In this document: one piece after another, positions 29,348 to 38,269 of the stretch
How the letters are laid out: each line of letters begins with the position of its first letter
Numbering within the stretch: the first letter of the stretch is position 1
NCBI GenBank assembly: GCA_029071345.1
Contig: JAIEAO010000002.1
Location: 23,947-87,946 of the forward strand
DNA: 64,000 bases
Reading direction: 5' to 3'
From: Muribaculaceae bacterium
Lineage (GTDB): Bacteria; Bacteroidota; Bacteroidia; Bacteroidales; Muribaculaceae
The notes under the pieces: model-generated
Told to the model about the DNA's origin: nothing
Database searches by the model: none
What the model saw: the letters and a program-made list of their open reading frames with translations, nothing else
Translations under genes and position numbers: made by a program

Positions 29348-30716
29348 ATGATATTTCTCCAACGCTTATTACACTTGATTTTATAAATGATTGAATCAAA
29401 ATCTTGAACCGTCTGTCAACTTCTTTATCAGACAAATCGGTAAACTCTGAACCCTTCAGATGCCCGAACTTTTTTAAGTATCCTAACTTTTCTCCTCGTT
29501 CGGTAACCTTGTCAAAGTCTATCAAAATCGATCGGCCCATATTCTCGCGGAGATCATAGTAGGTACGAACAATAGAATTCACCTCCAGGATGGAATAGAG
29601 TTCTTTACCTAATGATTTCCTGATAAGCCTATCCAATTGATACAGAATCTTTAAGTCGTTCATCTGCTGGAAATAGGCAATCCAACCATAATTATGATTA
29701 TTAACCTTGAATCCTGAGATAAGGAAATTCAGATCAGTCTTGGCAAAGTCAAGAAACTCTTCATCATTCTTTATATAGCGCGGTCGAGAGACTGAATCCT
29801 CATACTGACTCTTTATCTGATAACATCTTCTTACAAGCCTGTCGGCAAACCGATTCTTATTAGATTCTTTGATTGAAAATATTTCGCCATCAATCTTATA
29901 GCCAATAAATTCGAATTCGTCTCCACCGATCACACCGGTCTTGGTCTTCTTTGGCGACAATGACAAACCGAGATTATGATCTGTAATGGCTGAAATTAAG
30001 ATTCCTTCAAAATCACGGTTTTCAGTGTCCGCAATCAATATATCGTCCACATATCTTAAAAACAACGCCTTCTCAAAGGTGTTGCTGATTTGCTTATGAG
30101 CACCGTCGAAATAGATTTCAGCGAGAATATTGGATATGGACAGACCTTGAGGTACACCAAGTATATTAATATCGTTTCCAGGTTTCTCACTGCAATTGAG
30201 TGTAGGCACAGTAATTGCGTTAAGCACAAGCTTTAACGCCACGGCATCAATTCTACCTGCCAGATATTTTGTCAGTACTGAATGGTTTATATTATCGTAG
30301 AAAGCCGATATATCAGCCTTGTAAAAATAAACCTTATGTCTCTCTCCCGCCTTTTCATCTAAGAATTTAGCTAATCTAAATATATACCGGTTGGGAGTTT
30401 CTCTTACTATGCCAAGCGTATCGCTCAAATATCCGTTCAGAAGTGAGAGAACAAATCTATCTCTAACATTCGGGATAGACAACACACGAGGGTACTTCCC
30501 GCGCCCTTTCAGAATCAACTTTTCAGCATAAGGCGAGAACTTATATTCACCACTGATGCATTTTTCGCGAATCCAATCCTTCTCTTTCTCGAACGTGTCT
30601 CGATATTTAGTTGGTGAAATATGATCCCTTCCACCACCCTTCTTGGGCAGTATCTTCTCATCGTAAAACGACATGAAATCAATCGAATCGATATATTCAG
30701 GAAAGGACCTCATCAT
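29346..30716 (-). CDS. Reverse transcriptase, UG/DRT defence type (DRT10/UG17-like)
   Basis: PRVLSIPNVRDR, KADISAFYDNINH, GVPQGLSISNILAEIY, RYVDDILI, FEFIGY; no maturase/endonuclease domain, no retron VTG; SLATT neighbour. Confidence 0.9.
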   Translation of the reverse strand: MMRSFPEYIDSIDFMSFYDEKILPKKGGGRDHISPTKYRDTFEKEKDWIREKCISGEYKFSPYAEKLILKGRGKYPRVLSIPNVRDRFVLSLLNGYLSDTLGIVRETPNRYIFRLAKFLDEKAGERHKVYFYKADISAFYDNINHSVLTKYLAGRIDAVALKLVLNAITVPTLNCSEKPGNDINILGVPQGLSISNILAEIYFDGAHKQISNTFEKALFLRYVDDILIADTENRDFEGILISAITDHNLGLSLSPKKTKTGVIGGDEFEFIGYKIDGEIFSIKESNKNRFADRLVRRCYQIKSQYEDSVSRPRYIKNDEEFLDFAKTDLNFLISGFKVNNHNYGWIAYFQQMNDLKILYQLDRLIRKSLGKELYSILEVNSIVRTYYDLRENMGRSILIDFDKVTERGEKLGYLKKFGHLKGSEFTDLSDKEVDRRFKILIQSFIKSSVISVGEIS

Positions 30717-30855
30717 AATACCTTATTAACGTCTTCTGTGCATTGCTTATTATTGGCAATCACCCAATTTATTATTGGATTTAGGGATCCTACAATATTT
30801 CTATTTATTTTTAATGGAAATATGTATTCGTGTTGGCAAATTCGAGATTAAACAT

Positions 30856-30863
30856 TATATTTG
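30856..30863 (+). promoter_or_regulatory. Bacteroidetes -7 promoter box pointing toward the att site
   Basis: TATATTTG matches TAnnTTTG. Confidence 0.45.
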
Positions 30864-30905
30864 CGGCAATGATTAACAAGCGTTTTTCAGGCACGTTGAT
30901 GTGAT

Positions 30906-30927
30906 TTTGTGTACCTAATTTGTGTAC
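30906..30927. repeat. 9-bp direct repeat TTTGTGTAC, putative integrase arm-type sites
   Basis: 30906-30914 and 30919-30927, about 40 bp inside the tRNA fragment. Confidence 0.6.
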
Positions 30928-30964
30928 TTGAATAAAGAACAAGGATATATCGCGCTGATTTTAA

Positions 30965-31004
30965 GGGACGTAGAGGTCGGGCGTTCGAGTCGCCTCACCC
31001 CGAC
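30965..31004 (+). pseudogene. 3' half of tRNA-Pro (probably CGG), likely attR
   Basis: GGGACGTAG-AGGTC-GGGCG-TTCGAGT-CGCCT-CACCCCG-A: 3' anticodon arm, T-arm and acceptor 3' strand; no D-arm or CGGGGTG 5' strand upstream. Confidence 0.82.
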
Positions 31005-31011
31005 TTTTTGA

Positions 31012-31048
31012 AAAAAAGAGAATCAGCCAAAAGCTGGTTCTCTTTTTT
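31012..31048 (+). terminator. Intrinsic terminator after the tRNA fragment
   Basis: AAAAAAGAGAATCAGC-CAAAA-GCTGGTTCTCTTTTTT. Confidence 0.8.
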
Positions 31049-31120
31049 CTTTATATCAGATAGTGAAGCTACTTGCTATACATTGGAGGAATTCACTATG
31101 ATTTATGACAAATAAGATAT

Positions 31121-31142
31121 AGAAGGGGGCTGGCCCCCTTCT
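31121..31142 (-). terminator. Hairpin just downstream of the GH2 stop
   Basis: AGAAGGGGGC-TG-GCCCCCTTCT. Confidence 0.7.
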
Positions 31143-31144
31143 TT

Positions 31145-34100
31145 TTATTCGGGGATGAATCGCAGGGTGTAAGTCAACTGATCTGCTCCCTGATAGTTTC
31201 CTGGGTAAGGCACTTCGTATTTGGGAAGGCATTTGTCGGAAAAACAACTGCTGTTGCCAATTCCGCGCACCCAATAATCGAAATGCATGAAGGTCTCGTC
31301 GTGCCTTTTCAGTTCATCCCAATGCTGACGGGCGTAATGTGTGCTTAAGTTCCAATCCAAGTCATTATAATGGCTGGCAGAGAAGCTGACAGGACCTTGT
31401 GTCTTGACATGAAGTTTCTGACCTGTCGTGCGATTGTAGAGTGTAAGATCACGCAGGTCCTGACGATCACCATAGCTCTGCGGATGAACGTTCTCGTCAA
31501 TCATTCCGTCAATTGTGGTGCTGTATCGACCCAGATATGATCCTGTCTTGCGGTCTGCATAGTTTGACCACGGACCGCGCGCATAGTATTCTATATCTTC
31601 AAATCCGGGAGCTAAAGTCCATCCCATGCCGAGACGGCGCAATCCACGGCGCTGCGGCTCAAAAGTGGCTTTTACATCCATCATACCGTTGGGATAAATT
31701 GTATAATCAACGGTGTAATTGCTTTTCCAACCCTCAGCTTTCATTGAAGATGTTACTTTGTCACCTTCAAGCGTGGGAGCTTTTATCAGTGAATGCGATT
31801 CGATTCCCGTGGCGGCATAGTCATATTTACCGTCGCCCTGGCGATTGCATCCGTCTGCACCCTCGCCGTCACCCTGAGCTCCGTCGCTATCATTGTCGAT
31901 ACGTCTGAAATCGTTATATTCAGGTGATGCCGCCAAGAGTTCGTTGCCTTTATATTTATAACTTTTCAGCATGCCGTTCTCATCAAATTCGATAATGAAA
32001 TTATGACCATAGACACGGTTGCCATCTACGGTAATGTCTCCGGATGCTACAACTTCTTCAAATCGCGGACGCTTGGTAAGTATGAATTGCTCGTCGGCCA
32101 AAGCATATCCGGCATCTGCCCACGGAGTGGATTCTTTAAGCAAAAGTTCGGTTATCAATGAGTATTCAGCGTTGTCATCAAGCTTTAAATCAAGAGGAAT
32201 TTTAACCTCTTTGACAGACAATGCCGGAACAGAAGGAAGCGCCAGCTCTCCTGTCTCCACAACTTTGCCATCTTTCAGAAGACGGTATCCTAATTTGAAG
32301 AGATCGGAAAGGTCGGTGTGCGGATACTTGTTGCGGATAGTCAGCACACCGGTATTTTTGTCAAATGTATTAAAATCAACGTGCTGGTAGACCTTCTTCA
32401 CCTCTGTCAGTTTAGCGGTCCAAGCCCTGTCAGGAGTTATGATTCCATTGTTAAGATAATTGCCCTGGAATCCGTTGCGGTTGCCGGGATTAGCCTGCTG
32501 TGAAGGGTCATAATCATATCCTCCGGTCCACGCATGGAAACCTCGGTCTGAAATCACTTTCTCATCCTTAATGCTCTTAGGATCATATACAGCCTGGTCA
32601 ACCCAATCCCATATACAAGCTCCTATTGTGCCGTCGCTATTCTCTATTTCCGCCCAGTAATCGCTGAGATTTCCTACCGCCTGTCCCATGGCATGGGCAT
32701 ACTCGCATATAAAAAACGGTAATTCTTTGTGGCCGTTTTTCATCTGTTTAACAGCCTCGACAGAGGGATACATCCATGACAGCATATCGGTGGAATTGAC
32801 ATCCTCCGAGTTTTCATGACAATGAATAGGACGCGGATCTAATTTCCGCACCTCTCTTGCACAGGCCTCCATATTCGCTCCCCGTCCGTTCTCGTTGCCG
32901 AGCGACCAGAATATCACACTTGGATGATTGCGGTCGCGAAGCACCATGCGAACATCCCTGTCTACGAATGCGCCGGTCCACGCCGAGTCGCGCGTCAGCC
33001 CCTGATTGCCGTGACATTCAAGGTCTGCCTCATCCATCACATAAAGACCATAGGCATCCGCAAGGGCATACATCTTCGGGTCGCGCGGATAATGGCTCGT
33101 GCGCATTGTGTTCAGGTTGGCCTGTTTCATCAAGGATATATCCTTTTTCATTGTCGCGACATCTACATACCGGCCAAACACAGGATGCGTATCATGGATG
33201 TTGGCACCCTTGAAGAACACACGTTTGCCATTGATGGTCACATATCTTTTCCCCGGCTCATTGTGATAGCCGATATTGCGGAAGCCATATTTGGTGTTGA
33301 ACACCATCTCCTCCTTGCCGTTCTTATCGAGCTGACTGATATTGACATTGTAAAGATATGGATTCTCAGTATTCCATGGGATTAATCCTTTCAAGACATC
33401 CGTTGAAAGAGCGACAGTTTGATCCTTACCGTTTAATTTTACAGTCTGCTTTGAGGATGCCACCGTTTTTCCATCATTATCCTTCAAGGCGATGCAGAAA
33501 GTCTTCACGCCCTTCTCTTTGTCACGGTTGTCAATATCAAGCACCACATTCAACCGTCCGGAAGCTGCATCCTCACTCTGATTGTCAGTGAAAATATAAT
33601 GATCACGGATAAACGTTTTAGGCACAGATTTCAGGTAGACATCGCGGTGAATGCCGCTCATGCGCCACATATCCTGACCTTCGAGGTAAGACCCGTCGGT
33701 CCATCTGTAACAGCGTACGGCAAGTTGGTTTTCCCCTTTACGCACCAATTTCGTAATGTCAAACTCCGCATCATTGTTCGAGCCTTGCGAATATCCGGCA
33801 AACTTACCGTTGACCCACACGGCAATACCACTATAGGCGCCGTTAAAATGAAGGAAGACGCGGTCTTTGTCCCAGCCTGCCGGCAAGTTGAAAGAGCGGC
33901 GGTAGAATCCCGTTGCATTGTGGTCCGTAACGCCATGCTCCTCATATCCGTGGCGGGCAAACGGAGGTTCATTATGAAAAGGATAATCAGTGTTGACATA
34001 AGCCGGCATATTATATTTACCCGCCATCTCCCAACTCATCGGCACCTTAATTTCATCCCAGCCGCTATCATCGATATCTGTTTGCTGCCATTCTGAAGGA

Positions 34101-34414
34101 GCGGGTCCCTGCGGAGTTCCCGCAACCCACTTGAACTTCCATGTGCCGTTCAGGTCTAAATAATTCGCATTCGAGGGAAGGAGCCAGGGAGAATTATAAA
34201 AATTATCTCTGACCATTGCATTTGTCGAAGAATACGGAATAAAGGTCGCATGCCCCTTTTCCTTGTTGATCCCGACAACATTTTGATCCGAAATCCAGCT
34301 GATATCAAATTCATTTTTAGAAGACGGGCCGGTTCCGCGGTTTGTATCTGATTTAGCCTGACCGGAAGCTGAGATCGAGAGCAAAATCAAAAGTGAGAAA
34401 AATCCTTTTTTCAT
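31145..34414 (-). CDS. GH2 beta-galactosidase (LacZ-like)
   Basis: MRTSHYP, RNHPSVIFWSLGNE, CEYAHAMG, IWDWVDQ, YYARGPWSNYADR. Confidence 0.93.
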   Translation of the reverse strand: MKKGFFSLLILLSISASGQAKSDTNRGTGPSSKNEFDISWISDQNVVGINKEKGHATFIPYSSTNAMVRDNFYNSPWLLPSNANYLDLNGTWKFKWVAGTPQGPAPSEWQQTDIDDSGWDEIKVPMSWEMAGKYNMPAYVNTDYPFHNEPPFARHGYEEHGVTDHNATGFYRRSFNLPAGWDKDRVFLHFNGAYSGIAVWVNGKFAGYSQGSNNDAEFDITKLVRKGENQLAVRCYRWTDGSYLEGQDMWRMSGIHRDVYLKSVPKTFIRDHYIFTDNQSEDAASGRLNVVLDIDNRDKEKGVKTFCIALKDNDGKTVASSKQTVKLNGKDQTVALSTDVLKGLIPWNTENPYLYNVNISQLDKNGKEEMVFNTKYGFRNIGYHNEPGKRYVTINGKRVFFKGANIHDTHPVFGRYVDVATMKKDISLMKQANLNTMRTSHYPRDPKMYALADAYGLYVMDEADLECHGNQGLTRDSAWTGAFVDRDVRMVLRDRNHPSVIFWSLGNENGRGANMEACAREVRKLDPRPIHCHENSEDVNSTDMLSWMYPSVEAVKQMKNGHKELPFFICEYAHAMGQAVGNLSDYWAEIENSDGTIGACIWDWVDQAVYDPKSIKDEKVISDRGFHAWTGGYDYDPSQQANPGNRNGFQGNYLNNGIITPDRAWTAKLTEVKKVYQHVDFNTFDKNTGVLTIRNKYPHTDLSDLFKLGYRLLKDGKVVETGELALPSVPALSVKEVKIPLDLKLDDNAEYSLITELLLKESTPWADAGYALADEQFILTKRPRFEEVVASGDITVDGNRVYGHNFIIEFDENGMLKSYKYKGNELLAASPEYNDFRRIDNDSDGAQGDGEGADGCNRQGDGKYDYAATGIESHSLIKAPTLEGDKVTSSMKAEGWKSNYTVDYTIYPNGMMDVKATFEPQRRGLRRLGMGWTLAPGFEDIEYYARGPWSNYADRKTGSYLGRYSTTIDGMIDENVHPQSYGDRQDLRDLTLYNRTTGQKLHVKTQGPVSFSASHYNDLDWNLSTHYARQHWDELKRHDETFMHFDYWVRGIGNSSCFSDKCLPKYEVPYPGNYQGADQLTYTLRFIPE

Positions 34415-34507
34415 GATATATTTATATTTTTAACAAAATTAACCCATCCGCACTCCTGCAATGTATCCATCTCAGACAATAGTGTCTCCGGCAGGAGTAT
34501 AATTGAA

Positions 34508-35980
34508 TCATCTTTTGATTTTCTTAGCCGAGCCCATGGGGATATAGATGAATTCAATTCCTTTGCCGTTTTTCGGGTCGAGGTTGCGTGTGTAGCGCAT
34601 TGTCTCCGGGCTGTCCCAATGCTCGAACACGCCAAGACTTTCCACAGGTTTCCCTCCCTGCTTATACTTCACTCCTGAGGGAGCGTTCTGCGGGTCGGCC
34701 ATCTCGATGAGATAGTCGCTTGCGTTGTTGCGCACGAGTATGCGCGGCACGTTGTAGAAATCAGGTTCGGTATTGTTGAGGCTCTGTGCATAGAGGAGGT
34801 CAAGACCTACCGATTCGAGAGCTACCTCATCGAGCGAGGCGAGGAAACATGCCGGCCATTCAGGATTCTCATACTCGTCAACTTTATTGTAGAAGGGTGC
34901 GTTGGGGAAGTGAATCGGGTAAGTGCCATGTTTACGACCGCTGTAAAGACCATCGAGCACATATAGAATGGTCTTCGCTCCAAGGTTGGGCGAAGCATTG
35001 AGGTCGACAAGAGGAGAATATGCGTGAGGCTTACCATCCTGTTGCGTGTTGAGGAAGTGGTGCATCTCCCATGGAGCGCGCACACTGCCGGCATGATTCT
35101 TGGCAGTCATGGTCACAGCTGTCTGTCCCTCATCGCCCATCTCCATATAGTTGTAGGGATAGCTGTGGAGCTTGAGCATAGCCAGATTCACAATATAATC
35201 AGCATCGAAGATCTGCTTCGGAATGAGTTTTGCCCCACTGAACTGCCCGTGTGAAAACTCCACTCCCTCTACCCATTCAGGTTTCTGGAGAAGTGAATAA
35301 TCGCCTGTCTTGGGATTTACAGGCTGATAATCTCTGATGCCGGGATCATCCTGCACAAACTTCACGTCGGGATACTCTCCCCATATGATATTAAGGATTT
35401 CAGCAGCTATAGGACGGCGTCCGTCGTAAATGATTATATCTTTAGGATCAACACCTGCACCTTTCACAAGCTGCTCAACCATAGCAAGGATCATCTGAGG
35501 TGCGGTGTCGCTCATATTGCTCGCTTTCTCTCGTGCCTTTGCATTGTTGAGGTTAACTTTCACGGCCACTACCTGTCCCGGTCGGTAGCCCCCCTTTCCA
35601 TTGTTATGATACTCGAAAATTTTCTTCCAGGCATCTTTGTCGTTCTTAGCGCCGGTGAGTTTGCATATTGTTGCCGACACCATTTCGCGAACCTTGTCAA
35701 TATCAGTATTCTCCGGTAGAAACCACTGGTCTTCTTCAAGCTGCCAGCGACCTTTCCATTTACAGGCTTCAGGATAACGAGACATTACCACACGTCCGGG
35801 ATATATCCCTTTTGCTATACCTACAGGCCGATTGCTTACACCGGGTTGCCATGTGAATTCAGGAATGAGTGTTTCATTGATGGGTTCGGCATCAGGATAT
35901 TTCTCTTTATTCCAAGTGCCTTGAGCTACCATCAGTCCGCATTGAAGCATTAGTAATGCCCCTAAGCCTATTTTGTTCAT
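34508..35980 (-). CDS. Exported DUF362-like protein
   Basis: Signal peptide; GIYPGRVV, VAVKVNLN, ADYIVNLAMLKLH, VTMTAKNHAG. Confidence 0.65.
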   Translation of the reverse strand: MNKIGLGALLMLQCGLMVAQGTWNKEKYPDAEPINETLIPEFTWQPGVSNRPVGIAKGIYPGRVVMSRYPEACKWKGRWQLEEDQWFLPENTDIDKVREMVSATICKLTGAKNDKDAWKKIFEYHNNGKGGYRPGQVVAVKVNLNNAKAREKASNMSDTAPQMILAMVEQLVKGAGVDPKDIIIYDGRRPIAAEILNIIWGEYPDVKFVQDDPGIRDYQPVNPKTGDYSLLQKPEWVEGVEFSHGQFSGAKLIPKQIFDADYIVNLAMLKLHSYPYNYMEMGDEGQTAVTMTAKNHAGSVRAPWEMHHFLNTQQDGKPHAYSPLVDLNASPNLGAKTILYVLDGLYSGRKHGTYPIHFPNAPFYNKVDEYENPEWPACFLASLDEVALESVGLDLLYAQSLNNTEPDFYNVPRILVRNNASDYLIEMADPQNAPSGVKYKQGGKPVESLGVFEHWDSPETMRYTRNLDPKNGKGIEFIYIPMGSAKKIKR

Positions 35981-36014
35981 ATTGATAGATCTTAAATTAG
36001 TTTATATGAAAGTG

Positions 36015-36056
36015 AGATACCAACCCCGGATGAATCATTATCCGGAGTTGGTATCT
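36015..36056 (-). terminator. Intra-operon stem-loop
   Basis: AGATACCAACCCCGGAT...ATCCGGAGTTGGTATCT. Confidence 0.65.
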
Positions 36057-38269
36057 TATCTGTTGATTTGAATCATATCCACGTCGTCGAAAACCATTTC
36101 CGGACGTCCATCCGGTTGCTCCACATTGAAAGTGAGTCTGTCGAGGGTGAGATTCCTGACATGACGGGCCCAAAGACCATAGGCAGGCTGAATCTCAAGA
36201 TCCCGGATGTTGAAATGTCCAACTCCGATTTCGGGACATTTAAGAAGAGCATGTTCCTCCGGATGTCCCCCTTTAGCGGTGAAATTGATATCTGTGAGCT
36301 TCACATTCTCTATATATCCTGTAGAGCGTCCGTCAGGAAGAGTGAAATCTAATCCACCCTCCACCTGTTCGTTATCCGGGAGTTTGAATCCTGCAATGAT
36401 AGGGGCTGATTCAGGTTGCTTCCCATCGTAGGGGCGCCAACGGTTTTTCGAGCCATCGGAACCGGCATAGATTTCAGTGCTGTCGAAGTGGCGCAGATCA
36501 ATGTCTTCCACCCGGCCGATATTGATATTCCTCACGAGCATCTCATCGCGAGTACGTCCGTTTTCATGATATTTGTATCTTTTCACATCTCCACCGATCA
36601 CACGGCCACGGTTTGATATTGAGAGAAATATCGGAGTGCGAGTGCGTTTCATGATGGAGCGGTGATGAAGCGGACCGGTCTTGCCACTGTTGAGTGAGAT
36701 ACGGGCCACGGTGCCACCATCGTTGCTTGAGATACTGAATCCTGCTTTATTGGTGCCGAGCACATAGATATTGTCTACCCATATGTCGGTAATGTCATCG
36801 GCTGTCTCTGATCCGATCTGGAAAAGATTGCAGTTGGTGTCGCCCACGATGTTCCTTACGTATGCGTTACTTCCGGGACGCGTGAATCCTAATGCACAGT
36901 CAGAGCCAAATTTTATGATATCATCACCGCATCTGCGGCAATAGATATTGCAGACGTAGACATCGTTACACTCCATGAAATCAAACATGTCGCGCGCGCG
37001 GTCGAGACTCAACCGGCAGCAGTTGATGTCATGAACGTTGATATTATCGCAACCTGTAGCGAGAATCACGAAGTGACCACCTTGATCCACATCAAGCATA
37101 TTTTCTACCGGCTTGAGATCAAGATTGCCGTTTGCATCCAGATATGCCGGACCATCGGAGATTTCGTCATACCACATATCTTCCGGACAATTCTCACCAC
37201 CCACCTCAATATCCTTACATAATTTGAAGGCCATCGTCTTGTCGGCACGGAATCCATCGGGTTGCCGCATGACACCGTTGCCGGAATCAATCACACCATC
37301 ACCGGTGATGCGTCCACTGCCGTATATGTGTATATCCTCCTGACGGTTGGCGTAGAACATAGCGTTGCGGAAGAAAGAGTGACCCACATCCTGCTTTACC
37401 ATATAGCATCCGAATGGGTCATAAACGGAATCATCAAATGAGCCGAAACCGGCTTCGTGATTATAATCTGCAAACCATGTGGGTTCGTGTTCATCAAGTC
37501 CTGAAATGGCTTTCAGGGTGGCATCTTTCTCAACATGAAGCCACACATGGCTCAGAAGATGAACTGTGCGCAGATTGAATATGCCGTCCTTGAAGTCAAT
37601 TACACCTCCTCCGTTGGCATTCAGCTGCCGGATAGCCTGATTAAGCGCTTCGGTGTCGTCTGTTGATCCATCACCTTTAAGGCCAAGTACGCGTGCATCG
37701 TAGTGTTTGCGTGATATAGCCTTGAAAGGCTTGAATTCACTGTTGGCAGTAAATGATTGATGAGGATCGTGGACCTTATACAATTCACCCTGCACTGAAT
37801 CGGGAAGGATAGGCGTAGACATTGACCAAGTGGCCTTCACCGGGCTCTTGATGTTTTTCACACCTTTGAAGAGCAGGCGTATATCGGAGCCATTGTCAGG
37901 TCGAAGGTCGAGATCATAGAGTTTTATCCGGTAGTAACCATTCTGCTGAGTTGCATCAATCTTTCCTTTGCCCACTTTGGTGCGGGGAGAGAGCGAACCC
38001 TGGCGTCCGATTGACTGTGAGGAGAGTTGCTCCACCGGCACATCTCCGCGGCCTATGACATTGACAGTGACATCTGAAAGACAATCTTTGCCCCAGCTTT
38101 TGGGAATAAAGAGTGTGATACTGTCAAGGATGCCTCGTTCGGGTGCGTAAAAATCAAGAGCGGTCACAGTCGCCCTGCTATCGAGTGGGGCAACTGTGAC
38201 TATTTGAGATTGCGCTGTCTGAAGAGCACACACTGACAACAGACTTAGCAAAATTGATTTTAGCATCAT
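36056..38269 (-). CDS. Right-handed beta-helix enzyme, GH28/pectin-lyase-fold-like
   Basis: GLKGDGSTDDTEALNQAI..GGGVI, LLSHVWLHV, RDMFD, GDDIIKFGS, YGLWARHV. Confidence 0.7.
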   Translation of the reverse strand: MMLKSILLSLLSVCALQTAQSQIVTVAPLDSRATVTALDFYAPERGILDSITLFIPKSWGKDCLSDVTVNVIGRGDVPVEQLSSQSIGRQGSLSPRTKVGKGKIDATQQNGYYRIKLYDLDLRPDNGSDIRLLFKGVKNIKSPVKATWSMSTPILPDSVQGELYKVHDPHQSFTANSEFKPFKAISRKHYDARVLGLKGDGSTDDTEALNQAIRQLNANGGGVIDFKDGIFNLRTVHLLSHVWLHVEKDATLKAISGLDEHEPTWFADYNHEAGFGSFDDSVYDPFGCYMVKQDVGHSFFRNAMFYANRQEDIHIYGSGRITGDGVIDSGNGVMRQPDGFRADKTMAFKLCKDIEVGGENCPEDMWYDEISDGPAYLDANGNLDLKPVENMLDVDQGGHFVILATGCDNINVHDINCCRLSLDRARDMFDFMECNDVYVCNIYCRRCGDDIIKFGSDCALGFTRPGSNAYVRNIVGDTNCNLFQIGSETADDITDIWVDNIYVLGTNKAGFSISSNDGGTVARISLNSGKTGPLHHRSIMKRTRTPIFLSISNRGRVIGGDVKRYKYHENGRTRDEMLVRNINIGRVEDIDLRHFDSTEIYAGSDGSKNRWRPYDGKQPESAPIIAGFKLPDNEQVEGGLDFTLPDGRSTGYIENVKLTDINFTAKGGHPEEHALLKCPEIGVGHFNIRDLEIQPAYGLWARHVRNLTLDRLTFNVEQPDGRPEMVFDDVDMIQINR

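Larger units (their letters stand above)
23600..31004. mobile_element. AT-rich integrative element or island remnant (replication module plus RT-SLATT cargo), right end at a tRNA-Pro att site; left boundary uncertain
   Basis: Composition shift, primase/helicase-like genes, defence-type cargo, isolated tRNA 3' half; no integrase seen in window. Confidence 0.7.

Noticed and set aside
29346-30716. Group II intron, retron or DGR interpretation of the RT
   Set aside because: No maturase/HNH domain or domain V-like RNA, no region-Y VTG motif, no TR/VR pair or avd seen; the SLATT neighbour favours a DRT system
30930-31005. Complete tRNA-Pro gene
   Set aside because: No 5' acceptor strand or D-arm upstream of 30965; only the 3' half is present
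31121-31142. AGAAGGGGGC hairpin as a second copy of the ncRNA closing stem
   Set aside because: Only purine-rich similarity; its position after the GH2 stop explains it as a terminator
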